From positions 1 to 62,801 of the forward strand of contig CAIRQE010000106.1 of the NCBI GenBank assembly GCA_903880655.1: a stretch of 62,801 nucleotides of DNA. Reading direction: 5' to 3'. Under the pieces are notes generated by a model that did no database searches, was not told the origin of the DNA, and worked only from the letters and a program-made list of their open reading frames with translations. The position numbers and the translations under genes were made by a program. Source of the DNA: an uncultured bacterium. Its GTDB lineage: Bacteria > Patescibacteriota > Saccharimonadia > Saccharimonadales > CAIOMD01. This document shows, in pieces, positions 8,543 through 17,484 of this stretch. Within the stretch, counting starts at the first letter, position 1, and each line of letters begins with the position of its first letter.

Positions 8543-10263
8543 TGAGTGTTCCAGTAACTAATCAATCTTATATCCAGCAAAATAACCAGCTTTTTGATTG
8601 GGCAAAAACAGCTACCCCACAGCAGATAGAGGCGGCTAAACAAGGACTACCAAAAGACTCTCCTCTATTATTAGCTATAGGTATGGGTGTTCAGTACCAA
8701 CAACAAGCTAGAGCCCCACACCCACAGGCTCCACAAAAAACTGTAATGGAGCAAAAGTTAGGTGAGTTTGCGCAGACTTCAGCACAAGGACTACCTTCAG
8801 TAGGTGGGAACCAAATGGCTATGCAACAAGTAGACCCAATGCGGGGTGCAGGAATAGGCGTAGCTCCTGAAAATACTCCAGCTCCACAACCACAAGCTCC
8901 ACAACCACAAGCTCCACAACAAGCGGCTACAGGTGGGTTAGTTGCCCTAGCTCATGGTGGTGAGATCAGACATTTTGATGGTACGGCTGGGAGTTATACA
9001 GCAGACCCCCTTGCTGGACTAAAAAACCTTAATGTAGACTCTAACGATCCTAATCTAGAAACTAAATACGCTGAAGAAGGCGCCGCAGGGGATTTGGCTA
9101 ATACTATTGAAAGTTTGGGGGGTAACGTATCTACTGACAGTATTCAGTATGGTGATAATAAGTATGCTAAAGAGAGCGCAGAGGATACTCGTAAAAAATT
9201 ACTAACTGAAGCTGAAGATAAAAGAGAACACCCTGAAGCTTCTTCTGCTCAAGGTATTGCATCGTTGCCGGGAGGAATTTATGTACCTTCTGATATAGCT
9301 AAACTAAGTGAGTATTTAACTCCTAAAGGATCTAAAGTAGACCCTAACTCCTATGATGCAGATGCGATATTAGCTAATATGTTAAACAAGGGTACTACCC
9401 CAAAATATAGTGAACAACCTATAGGTAAACACGACATACTATTTGCTCCTGCGGATACAAGCTCAGCTGCACGTAATGCATCATCGCCTACTGCTAAAGG
9501 AGAAACTTACTCATCTGCTGATACTGATGCCGCTATTGCAGAGATTGCTAGATTACGTGGTCCTGAAGCGGATATATCTGAAGAAGTAGCTGCAGCTAAG
9601 GAAGCAACCAGAAGTGCTAATAAAGAAAAATGGGGAACTGCGTTAGCTCAAGGCCTAGGAGGTATGTTATCTGCTCAAACTCCATATGTAGGTCAAGCAT
9701 TAGGTGCAGGATTGTTATCAGGTGTATCAGGGTATCAGTCAGGTGCTAAAGACGAAGCCGCTGCAGAAAAAGAGTTGATGGCACTACAGATGGCTCAGAA
9801 GAAATCCGCTCTTACAGGACATAGAGAAGCTACCGATTTGTATTTAGCACAACAGGCTAAACAAAGAGAGGCAGCGGCAGCGGCGGCAGCTAAGGCACAT
9901 GAGCTAGGGTATAACAGAGAAACTGAGCTTATGAAAGGGCAACAGACTGGGTTGTTCGGTCAGTTGAATAAACAAGCAGATATTACGGCTAACTTAGAAC
10001 TTGAAGGCTTTAAGCAAGGTAATAGAATGGAACAAGCTGCTTATGAAGCGCAGTTAAAACAAATTGCTGCTGAAGCAGACCCAAAGACTAGACAAGCTTT
10101 AGTAACATCATTAGTGGCAGCAGGATCAAAAGGAGGGCTTACCTTAGATGATGTGTATGGTGATTTGGATAGATGGATGAATTATGTAAATCAAGGGTCT
10201 CAAGCTGCACCTCAATCAGGAGGGTTTGGGCAGCCTTTAAAAGGTGGGATGTTCTTAAAATAA
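8542..10263 (+). CDS. internal virion protein (573 aa)
   Basis: TAATG overlap with the upstream gene. PQPQAPQPQAPQ repeat, ATGGLVALAHGGEI motif, coiled-coil-like C-terminus. Confidence 0.55.
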   Translation: MSVPVTNQSYIQQNNQLFDWAKTATPQQIEAAKQGLPKDSPLLLAIGMGVQYQQQARAPHPQAPQKTVMEQKLGEFAQTSAQGLPSVGGNQMAMQQVDPMRGAGIGVAPENTPAPQPQAPQPQAPQQAATGGLVALAHGGEIRHFDGTAGSYTADPLAGLKNLNVDSNDPNLETKYAEEGAAGDLANTIESLGGNVSTDSIQYGDNKYAKESAEDTRKKLLTEAEDKREHPEASSAQGIASLPGGIYVPSDIAKLSEYLTPKGSKVDPNSYDADAILANMLNKGTTPKYSEQPIGKHDILFAPADTSSAARNASSPTAKGETYSSADTDAAIAEIARLRGPEADISEEVAAAKEATRSANKEKWGTALAQGLGGMLSAQTPYVGQALGAGLLSGVSGYQSGAKDEAAAEKELMALQMAQKKSALTGHREATDLYLAQQAKQREAAAAAAAKAHELGYNRETELMKGQQTGLFGQLNKQADITANLELEGFKQGNRMEQAAYEAQLKQIAAEADPKTRQALVTSLVAAGSKGGLTLDDVYGDLDRWMNYVNQGSQAAPQSGGFGQPLKGGMFLK

Positions 10264-10306
10264 AGTATAATATCTTCTATACTAACAAACACTAGACGGA
10301 AGCAGC

Positions 10307-13300
10307 ATGGCTAATACAGAAATAGATCCTTTTGCATATAACCCTGCTGCCGCCGCCAGCATATTCGGAGAGTTGCCTCCACAAGCAGCTCCTAAAGAAG
10401 TAGATATCTCCCAGTACCTCCCTCAAGCGCAGCCTATGCAAGGGCGTAGCTCATCTTATGATGAGGCGTTTCAACAAGCAGAAAGTCAGTATGGGCTGCC
10501 TAGCGGCCTTCTCTCTACTATAGGGTTTCACGAAAGTAGGTTTAATCCTAACGCAGTAAGTCCTGCTGGAGCTGAAGGGTTGATGCAGTTAATGCCTCCT
10601 ACTGCTAGGGAATATGGGGTTAACGCCCGTGACCCTTACGCGTCTATTGATGCTGCTGGTAAGAAAATGGCGGGGCTAGTCAAATATTATAATGGTGATA
10701 TGGCTAAGGCTGTTGCTGCTTATAACTACGGCGAAGGCAATCTCAATAGAGCTATACGTAAAGCAGGGGATAACTGGATATCAGCTGTTCCTAGAGAGAC
10801 ACAATACTACGTTTCCAAAGTACTGGGCGGTCAGCCGCAAGGTCAAGAGGCGCAAGGACCCCAAGAAGATACTTATCCTATACCTCTAGCAAGCGGTAGA
10901 ACTTTGTACGCTCCTAAAGGAATGCCACGAGAAGAAGCTTTGGCAAGTGCAAGAGCTCAAGGTGTAGATGCAGTTGGGTTGCGTGATATTTCTCTAGCTA
11001 GTGGAAAGACTTTACAAGTACCTGAGCATTTAACTGATGAGGAAGCTATTAAGCAAGCCTCTGAAGCACATCCTGATATAGACTTTACCCTTGCTAAAAA
11101 AGAAACTCCTAGTCGTACTACAGGGCAAGCCATACAAGATATTGGTGTAGGCACCATGAAAGGGGGTGTGGGTTTAGGTCAATCTTTAGTAGGTTTAGTA
11201 GACATACTTACACCGGGGCAGTTTGGTAAGAGCTTAGAAGAACACGGCATTAATCTTGAAAAGGCTCAACAGTACCTAGATACACAGTATTCTCCTCAAC
11301 AACAAGAAGCTATTAATAACTTAGCTCAAGCTCATGGGTTTAGAAATATTCTACAAGCTGCTGTAGAAAACCCAACTGCTGTTATATCTATGGCTGGTGA
11401 ATCTTTACCTCAAGTAATTGGTGGGAGTGTTGTTGGTGTAGGAGCTAAACTTGCAGGTTTAGGACGATTTGCTGCAGCTGGTTTGGGACAAGGTTCTATG
11501 ACCGCAGGTAGTACTGGAGAGACTGTAAGAACTGCAACTCCTGAAAGAGAATTAACTACTAAAGGGCAAGTGGCTGCATTAGGTGCAGGGGCTGTTGAAG
11601 CTGCTCTAGGTAAGTATGGTAGTGAGTTTGTTACTAAGATAGGGGGTATTGATCCTAGCTTATTGATTATGGGTGAAGCTAAGAAATTAGCTGTTGATAC
11701 TGTCGGAGAAGTAGCTGAGAACCCAAAATTCTTTACTACCGTATTAAAGTCACTAGTCGGTGAAGGCGTAGAGGAAATACCTCAAGAAGCCCAAGCACAG
11801 ATGTTTCAAAACTATGCTACGGATAAGCCGCTGCTTGAAGGCGTAGAAGATGCCGCTACTAAAGGCCTTATCACAGGTGCTGTTACAGGTGCAGGAGCAG
11901 GAACTGTTGGGGCACTCTCAGCTCAACCAACTCCAACACCAGAGATAGCACCAGAAGTAGCACCACCAGAAGCGGGAGCAGTACCCCCAGAGGCAGAAGT
12001 AGAAGAGGAAGAAGCACCTAAGTTTGAAATTACTCCAGAGATTGCAGGGTATGTAGCCCAAGCTGAGGCAGTTAAGAAAGGTGCTAAACAGGCACCAGCG
12101 GTTGAAGAAGTAGTGGCAGGAGCCCCAGCGGCAGAACAAGTAGTGGCAGGAGCACCAGCGGTTGAAGAAGTAGTGCCTGAGCCTACTGTAAAAGCTAAGA
12201 AAGAAAAACCTGTAAAGACTGAACCTACATGGCTGACAGAAACATTAGGGCTACCTGAATCAAGTGCAGTATATAAACGAATAGCATCTCAAGGATTAGA
12301 TATAAACAACCCTGAACAGCACGATGCTATTGATAGGGCTCTTGCACCTCTTAGCACTAATAAAAAAATAAGCGGCGATCAGTGGTCTGTCTTAGACCAA
12401 CGTATGGAAGCAGTAAAACAAGGACAACCTATACCTACACCGGAGATACAAAATGCCCAGCAAATCCCCAGCCCAAGCCCGATTGTTCGCGATGGCGGCA
12501 CACAACCCCAAGAAGGCCAAGCAGTTGAAAATATCCCCCAAGCTGGCGAAGGAGTGGAACCAAGCAGACAAGGGGAGCCCATTGCTCAAAAAGGCGTTGA
12601 AGAAAAAGAAGTAGCACCTGAAGTAGCCCTGCCACAAGGTATAAAAGTACCTAAAGTAAAAGTGCCAGAAGTAAAAGCGCCTACTGAAAAACCAGTAAAA
12701 GGGTTAAATGCAGTACAGAAACGCTATAAAGAGCATATTGTTAACGGTACTTTAGATGAAGCCGATGATGCTGTTAAAGATCTTAACAATGCCCTAAGAA
12801 CTAGTGATCCTCTATTATGGGATAGTCTACAAAAAGCCCATACCCAAGCTAAGCAAGCTAAGAAAGCAGTTGCAGAAACAGCTAGAGTTGAAAGAGTACA
12901 AAAAGTAGCTGAGCGAGAGAAACTAGAAACACCTCCTGCAACAGGGTTAAAAGCAGTGGTAGCTAAAGCTACTAAACGTACACCTGAAGATATAAGGGCG
13001 GCTGTTGAACGTAAGAAAGCATTAGGTGCTCAGATAACACAAGAACTGCAAGGTATACAAACTGCTCATCCTGAAGATATTATTGAGCCTGAAGTTGAAG
13101 TTAAAAAACCTGAGCCTATAGTTGAAGTTAAAAAACCTGAGCCTATAGTTAAAACTAAAGTTAAAGTTAAAGTTAAAAAACCTGAGCCTATAACAGAAGC
13201 AGCTACTGTAGAAGACGTTTCATATGTACCTAGAGATGACACGTACGCCGAACACTATAAACACGTAACAGATAAAGGGGAAGCAAGTATAGATACTGCA

Positions 13301-16300
13301 GGTCGTGGTATATACATAACTTCAAATAACCCTGCACAAACTCATAATATAAAAGCTATATCTACGCAAGATAGAGGAGAGAGGTTAGATCTTGAAACTG
13401 CGAATAAAGGACGAGTATCGGTAGATTATGTTAAAGGTAATGTGACCTTTACTGGTCGTGATAAATCAGGAATCCCAGTTCCACTAGCTCATTTTAATAA
13501 AGTTGAAAATAATTTATCAGACTTGTTAAATAACAAATATGGTTCTAAAGAACTAAATAAAACATTATATGACTCGCTAATAAACCCCTCAGAAGAAGGT
13601 GCTCTTCATGTCATTGATAAATTAGGATTTGGTGATAGTGCGTCCAAATTATTTAAAGCTGCAGAGACAGGGTTATGGAGAAAGCACCATCCAGATTATG
13701 TTGATGAATATAATAAAGAGTACGGCCAATCAAAGACTCCTATAACAGACGAGCTTAAGTACGAGTCTTTATCAAGCCAAGAAGCTGTTGTATCTAAAGC
13801 GATAGATAGAACTATTAAAAAAGAAAAAGCTGAAGAGTTAAAAGTATTTGATATTCCTGAGAAAAAAATTCAATTATTTGCGGCTAGGAAAAAAGCACAC
13901 GCCCTACTAGAAGCTGGAAAGATATCACAAGAAGATTTTATAAGACGGTCTGAACAGATTACTGATGAAGAACGTGTCAGACATGCAGAAGCTGCATTTA
14001 AAAGAAACCCTAGAGCTAGAGGTGCTGACTACGTAAGGGAGAAACTACTAAACGCATTAAGAAAAGGAGATGTATCTCAGGAAGAACATGATTTTGCAGA
14101 GTGGTTTATAAAGAAAAACCCTAATGCGCTAGAAAATCTAGGTATATCTATTAAAGCGACTCCTGAAGGTAAAGAAGAGACTGCAGGTAATTACACTCCT
14201 CTAAACCAAGTAGTAACTCTATTTAAAGGGCATAACAAAGATACAACTGCTGTTCATGAAATACTGCATCACTTAGAACGTGCAATGCCTGAACAAATAC
14301 AAAAAGGGATTAGAAGAGCGTGGTTAAAACAAACTGTAGACGCTAGAGAAAAAGCTATAAAGAACAAGGCTGATAAATCTGTAGTAGATTACTATGATGC
14401 CGTTCTATTAGGGGAACCTAAAGCAGCTAGAGATGCCTTAATGAAGTTAAAAAAAGGTAGAGATGAATTATACCACCATCTAAACGCCTCTGAGTTTTGG
14501 GCAGTTAATGCTACAGATATTATGCAAGGTAAGTATGGGGCTGATGCTAATTTTATAGCTAAACTAAAGCAATGGTTAAAAGAAGCCTACGAACATATTA
14601 AACATGCGTTAGGGCTTAATTCTAATGCTCCTGTATTAAAGGCCATAGACCATGTACTAAAAAATATAGACACCGATTACACATCTAAAAAAATGTTAGC
14701 TGAGCGTACGAAAGGAATTATATACGCTGCACCTCCTTCCGGTCCAAGCAAAGCCGCTAAGGATCTGGGTAAAGCTATTGCTGATGAAAACCTTGTTAAG
14801 ACTTCAGATAAGAAACCATTAGATTCGGTTAAAGAAGGGTTTGAGACTGTTAAAAAGCACTCTACTCTTACCGACTTAAGAAAGAGCTGGGTAGATTCTA
14901 GTGCAGGGCTGAGTAAAGCTTTGTCCTCTCTACCTTCTATGGATACGAATGGTGAGCTTCGTGCTGATTTAATTCACAGTAAGAACCAACAGCTATATAA
15001 CTTAGTACGTACAAGTTTTGAGAAAGGGTATTTAGTACTTGGTAAAGATGGCGGCTTGATGTCTACAGATGATTCAGAGTTAGCACTGAATGAGATTTTC
15101 AAACGTATTGATGACCTAGGCTATGCAGACTCTCGTAAGACTTTCTTCTCGGCAATGCGTGTACTGGCTGGAGAGTCAAACTTAAAACATGATGCGGAGC
15201 AACGTGCCCTAGCTAAAAAATATAAAGCCTATGCTAGGAAGTTAGAAACTCTAGCTAAAACAGTTAGTGGTAAAACTGAGCATGCAAAAATCACTAGGCA
15301 CATTGCTGGGCTAAAAAGTGAGGCTTCTAGAATACTCAATAGAGTAGGTAAGAAAGTTGGTGAAGGTACTGAGAAGCGAGTAAACCAAGAACAGATTGAT
15401 CTTACTAAAGAGTTACTAGCTAATGATGATAGGATAGAACCTATTATGGCTGACATATATGCAGCCCTACGCAAGTCTGTAGATCTATGGGAAGAGACAG
15501 GACTTATAACTCCAGACATGGCTGATAACTGGCGTAGCAACCCTGCATATATCCCACTATATAAGAGTATAGATGATCTACTAGAAGACCCTTCAAAATA
15601 TGTACAAGTATTAAAGAGCGGTGCTAAATCATTAGGAGAAGTTAAAGCTCGTCTAGGTGGGTTGCATGATGTGAATGTCGGTGAGAACTTAGTAAAGCAC
15701 TTTGCATTTATGGCAGGTGCAGCAGCTCAAAATCAGTATAGAAAGATAGCCGCTAAACAATTAACTGCACTAGGTGGTGCTAAGCTATCAGGCCCTGATG
15801 ATCCGCAAGCGGTTATGTTTAGAGAGGATGGGAAAAAAGTTTATGTTCACGTAGACGACCCACTTGCGTATGAAGCGTTTCAAACAGCGATACCTGTTCT
15901 AGGAGCCTTTTCCAAAGTTGCTCAGCACTACACTAAAGTTTTTAGAGGGGCTACATTAATTAACCCTGTGTATTGGTATCGTCAGCTTATTCGTGATCCT
16001 ATGATGGCTAACTTGGTATCACAGACTGGGTTTATCACACCGTTCCATTCTTTAAAAGCTATGGCAGAGATACTGTCAGGTACTTCTAAAAGCTACGAGA
16101 CTTTAAAAAGACACGGTGTAGTAGGTGCAGTTGACTCATTAACAGATCCAGCTCAGTTTGTAAAAGCAGCGGCAACTAAAAGAGGAACAGGAAGGAAAGC
16201 AAAAGACTGGATTATGCATGTTCATGAATCTTCTGATGCTGCAACTCGTGTTGCTGTCTACGACAAAGCTATGAAAGATGCTGAGAAAAAAGGAATGACA

Positions 16301-17455
16301 GGACAACATGCAGAAGACTACGCCGCTATGCGAGCTAGAGAGATAATCAACTTCTCTAAACGTGGTAATGCACAATCCCTAGCTGCTATACGTGCTACTG
16401 TTCCGTTCTTCTCTGCACAATTAAATGGTATGGACACCCTTGCTAGAGCTGCATTTCCGGGTAAGTACGGCAACTTGAATAAAGAAGAAGCGGCACAAGC
16501 TAGGAAGCACTTCTATACCAATGCAGCTATACTTACTACTATATCTATGTCGTATGCTCTAGCTTTACAGGATGACGAGGAGTACATAAAATCTCCTGAT
16601 TGGGTCAATAGCTGGCTAGTTCCTACAGGGGATAAAGATAAACCTTTCTTTAAAGTTCCTATTCCTTTTGAAGCTGGGTTCTTCTTTAAAGTTATACCAG
16701 AACTTATAGTACGTTTGAACAGTGGTACACTATCTCCTGCTCAAGCTGAGAAAGAATTAAAGAAAGCGGCTTTGGGTTTATTAGCGCCTTCATTCCCACT
16801 ACCACAAATAATAAAACCTGTGGCAGAGGTAGCTACTAACTATGATATTCATACTGGCAATACTATTGAGAACTTTTCAGAGAGTAGGTTGCCTATGGAA
16901 CAACGCACAGCCCATGCTTCTAACTTAGCTAAACTATTAGGAGAGGCACTACCCCTATCTCCTGACAACATAGAGCATCTAGGTCGTGGGTGGTTTACAG
17001 AGGCTTGGGCTATGTCAGCTGCGTTATCTGATGCCTATTTAAACAAAGGTGTTTCAGCTCCTGAGAAAACATGGGGAGAGATGCCAATGCTAAAAGGAGT
17101 GTTTACAGCTCCGGGTAAAGATCGTGCTCTTAGTGAGTATTATGATATGTCTAAAACTGCATCTCAAATACACAACGCTGTAATGGCGGCTAATAAAATG
17201 GGGGATAGAGAAACTGTTGATGCTATTAAGAACGACCCCGATAAGCTAAAACAGTTTAAAGCATCTCCTGCTCTTCAGGATATAGGCACAAGCATCAGTG
17301 CTATGCAGCATAATATTAAACGTATTAAAGCTATGAAGGATACAGAAGTGTCCCCTGCAGAAAAAGCTAAGCGTATTAGGGTAGTTCAAGATAGGATCAA
17401 CAACCTAGCACATAAAGCACTGGTTGTTGGTAAGCGGTTTGACTTAGACATATAA
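10307..17455 (+). CDS. giant multidomain internal virion protein: N-terminal lytic transglycosylase (SLT) + HExxH metallopeptidase-like module (T7 gp16 analogue / polyvalent protein)
   Basis: 2382 aa. SLT motifs GFHESRFNP..AEGLMQLMP..AYNYGEGN near the N-terminus. AVHEILHHLE (HEILH at 14255-14269) followed by ASEFWA. Internal tandem repeats. Confidence 0.85.
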   Translation: MANTEIDPFAYNPAAAASIFGELPPQAAPKEVDISQYLPQAQPMQGRSSSYDEAFQQAESQYGLPSGLLSTIGFHESRFNPNAVSPAGAEGLMQLMPPTAREYGVNARDPYASIDAAGKKMAGLVKYYNGDMAKAVAAYNYGEGNLNRAIRKAGDNWISAVPRETQYYVSKVLGGQPQGQEAQGPQEDTYPIPLASGRTLYAPKGMPREEALASARAQGVDAVGLRDISLASGKTLQVPEHLTDEEAIKQASEAHPDIDFTLAKKETPSRTTGQAIQDIGVGTMKGGVGLGQSLVGLVDILTPGQFGKSLEEHGINLEKAQQYLDTQYSPQQQEAINNLAQAHGFRNILQAAVENPTAVISMAGESLPQVIGGSVVGVGAKLAGLGRFAAAGLGQGSMTAGSTGETVRTATPERELTTKGQVAALGAGAVEAALGKYGSEFVTKIGGIDPSLLIMGEAKKLAVDTVGEVAENPKFFTTVLKSLVGEGVEEIPQEAQAQMFQNYATDKPLLEGVEDAATKGLITGAVTGAGAGTVGALSAQPTPTPEIAPEVAPPEAGAVPPEAEVEEEEAPKFEITPEIAGYVAQAEAVKKGAKQAPAVEEVVAGAPAAEQVVAGAPAVEEVVPEPTVKAKKEKPVKTEPTWLTETLGLPESSAVYKRIASQGLDINNPEQHDAIDRALAPLSTNKKISGDQWSVLDQRMEAVKQGQPIPTPEIQNAQQIPSPSPIVRDGGTQPQEGQAVENIPQAGEGVEPSRQGEPIAQKGVEEKEVAPEVALPQGIKVPKVKVPEVKAPTEKPVKGLNAVQKRYKEHIVNGTLDEADDAVKDLNNALRTSDPLLWDSLQKAHTQAKQAKKAVAETARVERVQKVAEREKLETPPATGLKAVVAKATKRTPEDIRAAVERKKALGAQITQELQGIQTAHPEDIIEPEVEVKKPEPIVEVKKPEPIVKTKVKVKVKKPEPITEAATVEDVSYVPRDDTYAEHYKHVTDKGEASIDTAGRGIYITSNNPAQTHNIKAISTQDRGERLDLETANKGRVSVDYVKGNVTFTGRDKSGIPVPLAHFNKVENNLSDLLNNKYGSKELNKTLYDSLINPSEEGALHVIDKLGFGDSASKLFKAAETGLWRKHHPDYVDEYNKEYGQSKTPITDELKYESLSSQEAVVSKAIDRTIKKEKAEELKVFDIPEKKIQLFAARKKAHALLEAGKISQEDFIRRSEQITDEERVRHAEAAFKRNPRARGADYVREKLLNALRKGDVSQEEHDFAEWFIKKNPNALENLGISIKATPEGKEETAGNYTPLNQVVTLFKGHNKDTTAVHEILHHLERAMPEQIQKGIRRAWLKQTVDAREKAIKNKADKSVVDYYDAVLLGEPKAARDALMKLKKGRDELYHHLNASEFWAVNATDIMQGKYGADANFIAKLKQWLKEAYEHIKHALGLNSNAPVLKAIDHVLKNIDTDYTSKKMLAERTKGIIYAAPPSGPSKAAKDLGKAIADENLVKTSDKKPLDSVKEGFETVKKHSTLTDLRKSWVDSSAGLSKALSSLPSMDTNGELRADLIHSKNQQLYNLVRTSFEKGYLVLGKDGGLMSTDDSELALNEIFKRIDDLGYADSRKTFFSAMRVLAGESNLKHDAEQRALAKKYKAYARKLETLAKTVSGKTEHAKITRHIAGLKSEASRILNRVGKKVGEGTEKRVNQEQIDLTKELLANDDRIEPIMADIYAALRKSVDLWEETGLITPDMADNWRSNPAYIPLYKSIDDLLEDPSKYVQVLKSGAKSLGEVKARLGGLHDVNVGENLVKHFAFMAGAAAQNQYRKIAAKQLTALGGAKLSGPDDPQAVMFREDGKKVYVHVDDPLAYEAFQTAIPVLGAFSKVAQHYTKVFRGATLINPVYWYRQLIRDPMMANLVSQTGFITPFHSLKAMAEILSGTSKSYETLKRHGVVGAVDSLTDPAQFVKAAATKRGTGRKAKDWIMHVHESSDAATRVAVYDKAMKDAEKKGMTGQHAEDYAAMRAREIINFSKRGNAQSLAAIRATVPFFSAQLNGMDTLARAAFPGKYGNLNKEEAAQARKHFYTNAAILTTISMSYALALQDDEEYIKSPDWVNSWLVPTGDKDKPFFKVPIPFEAGFFFKVIPELIVRLNSGTLSPAQAEKELKKAALGLLAPSFPLPQIIKPVAEVATNYDIHTGNTIENFSESRLPMEQRTAHASNLAKLLGEALPLSPDNIEHLGRGWFTEAWAMSAALSDAYLNKGVSAPEKTWGEMPMLKGVFTAPGKDRALSEYYDMSKTASQIHNAVMAANKMGDRETVDAIKNDPDKLKQFKASPALQDIGTSISAMQHNIKRIKAMKDTEVSPAEKAKRIRVVQDRINNLAHKALVVGKRFDLDI
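12095..12180 (+). repeat. 30-bp in-frame tandem repeat, ~2.8 copies (PAVEEVVAGA / PAAEQVVAGA / PAVEEVVPEP)
   Basis: ccagcgg units start at 12095, 12125 and 12155. Confidence 0.8.
13094..13191 (+). repeat. 27-bp in-frame tandem repeat (VEVKKPEPI) with a KVKVKV spacer
   Basis: gttgaagttaaaaaacctgagcctata at 13094-13120 and 13121-13147. A third aaaaaacctgagcctata copy ends at 13191. Confidence 0.85.
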
Positions 17456-17459
17456 GGAA

Positions 17460-17484
17460 GGGGGCGTTATGCCCCCTCTTTTTT
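17460..17484 (+). terminator. rho-independent terminator after the giant virion protein gene
   Basis: GGGGGC-GTTAT-GCCCCC followed by TCTTTTTT. Lies between convergent stops at 17455 (+) and 17483 (-). Confidence 0.7.
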
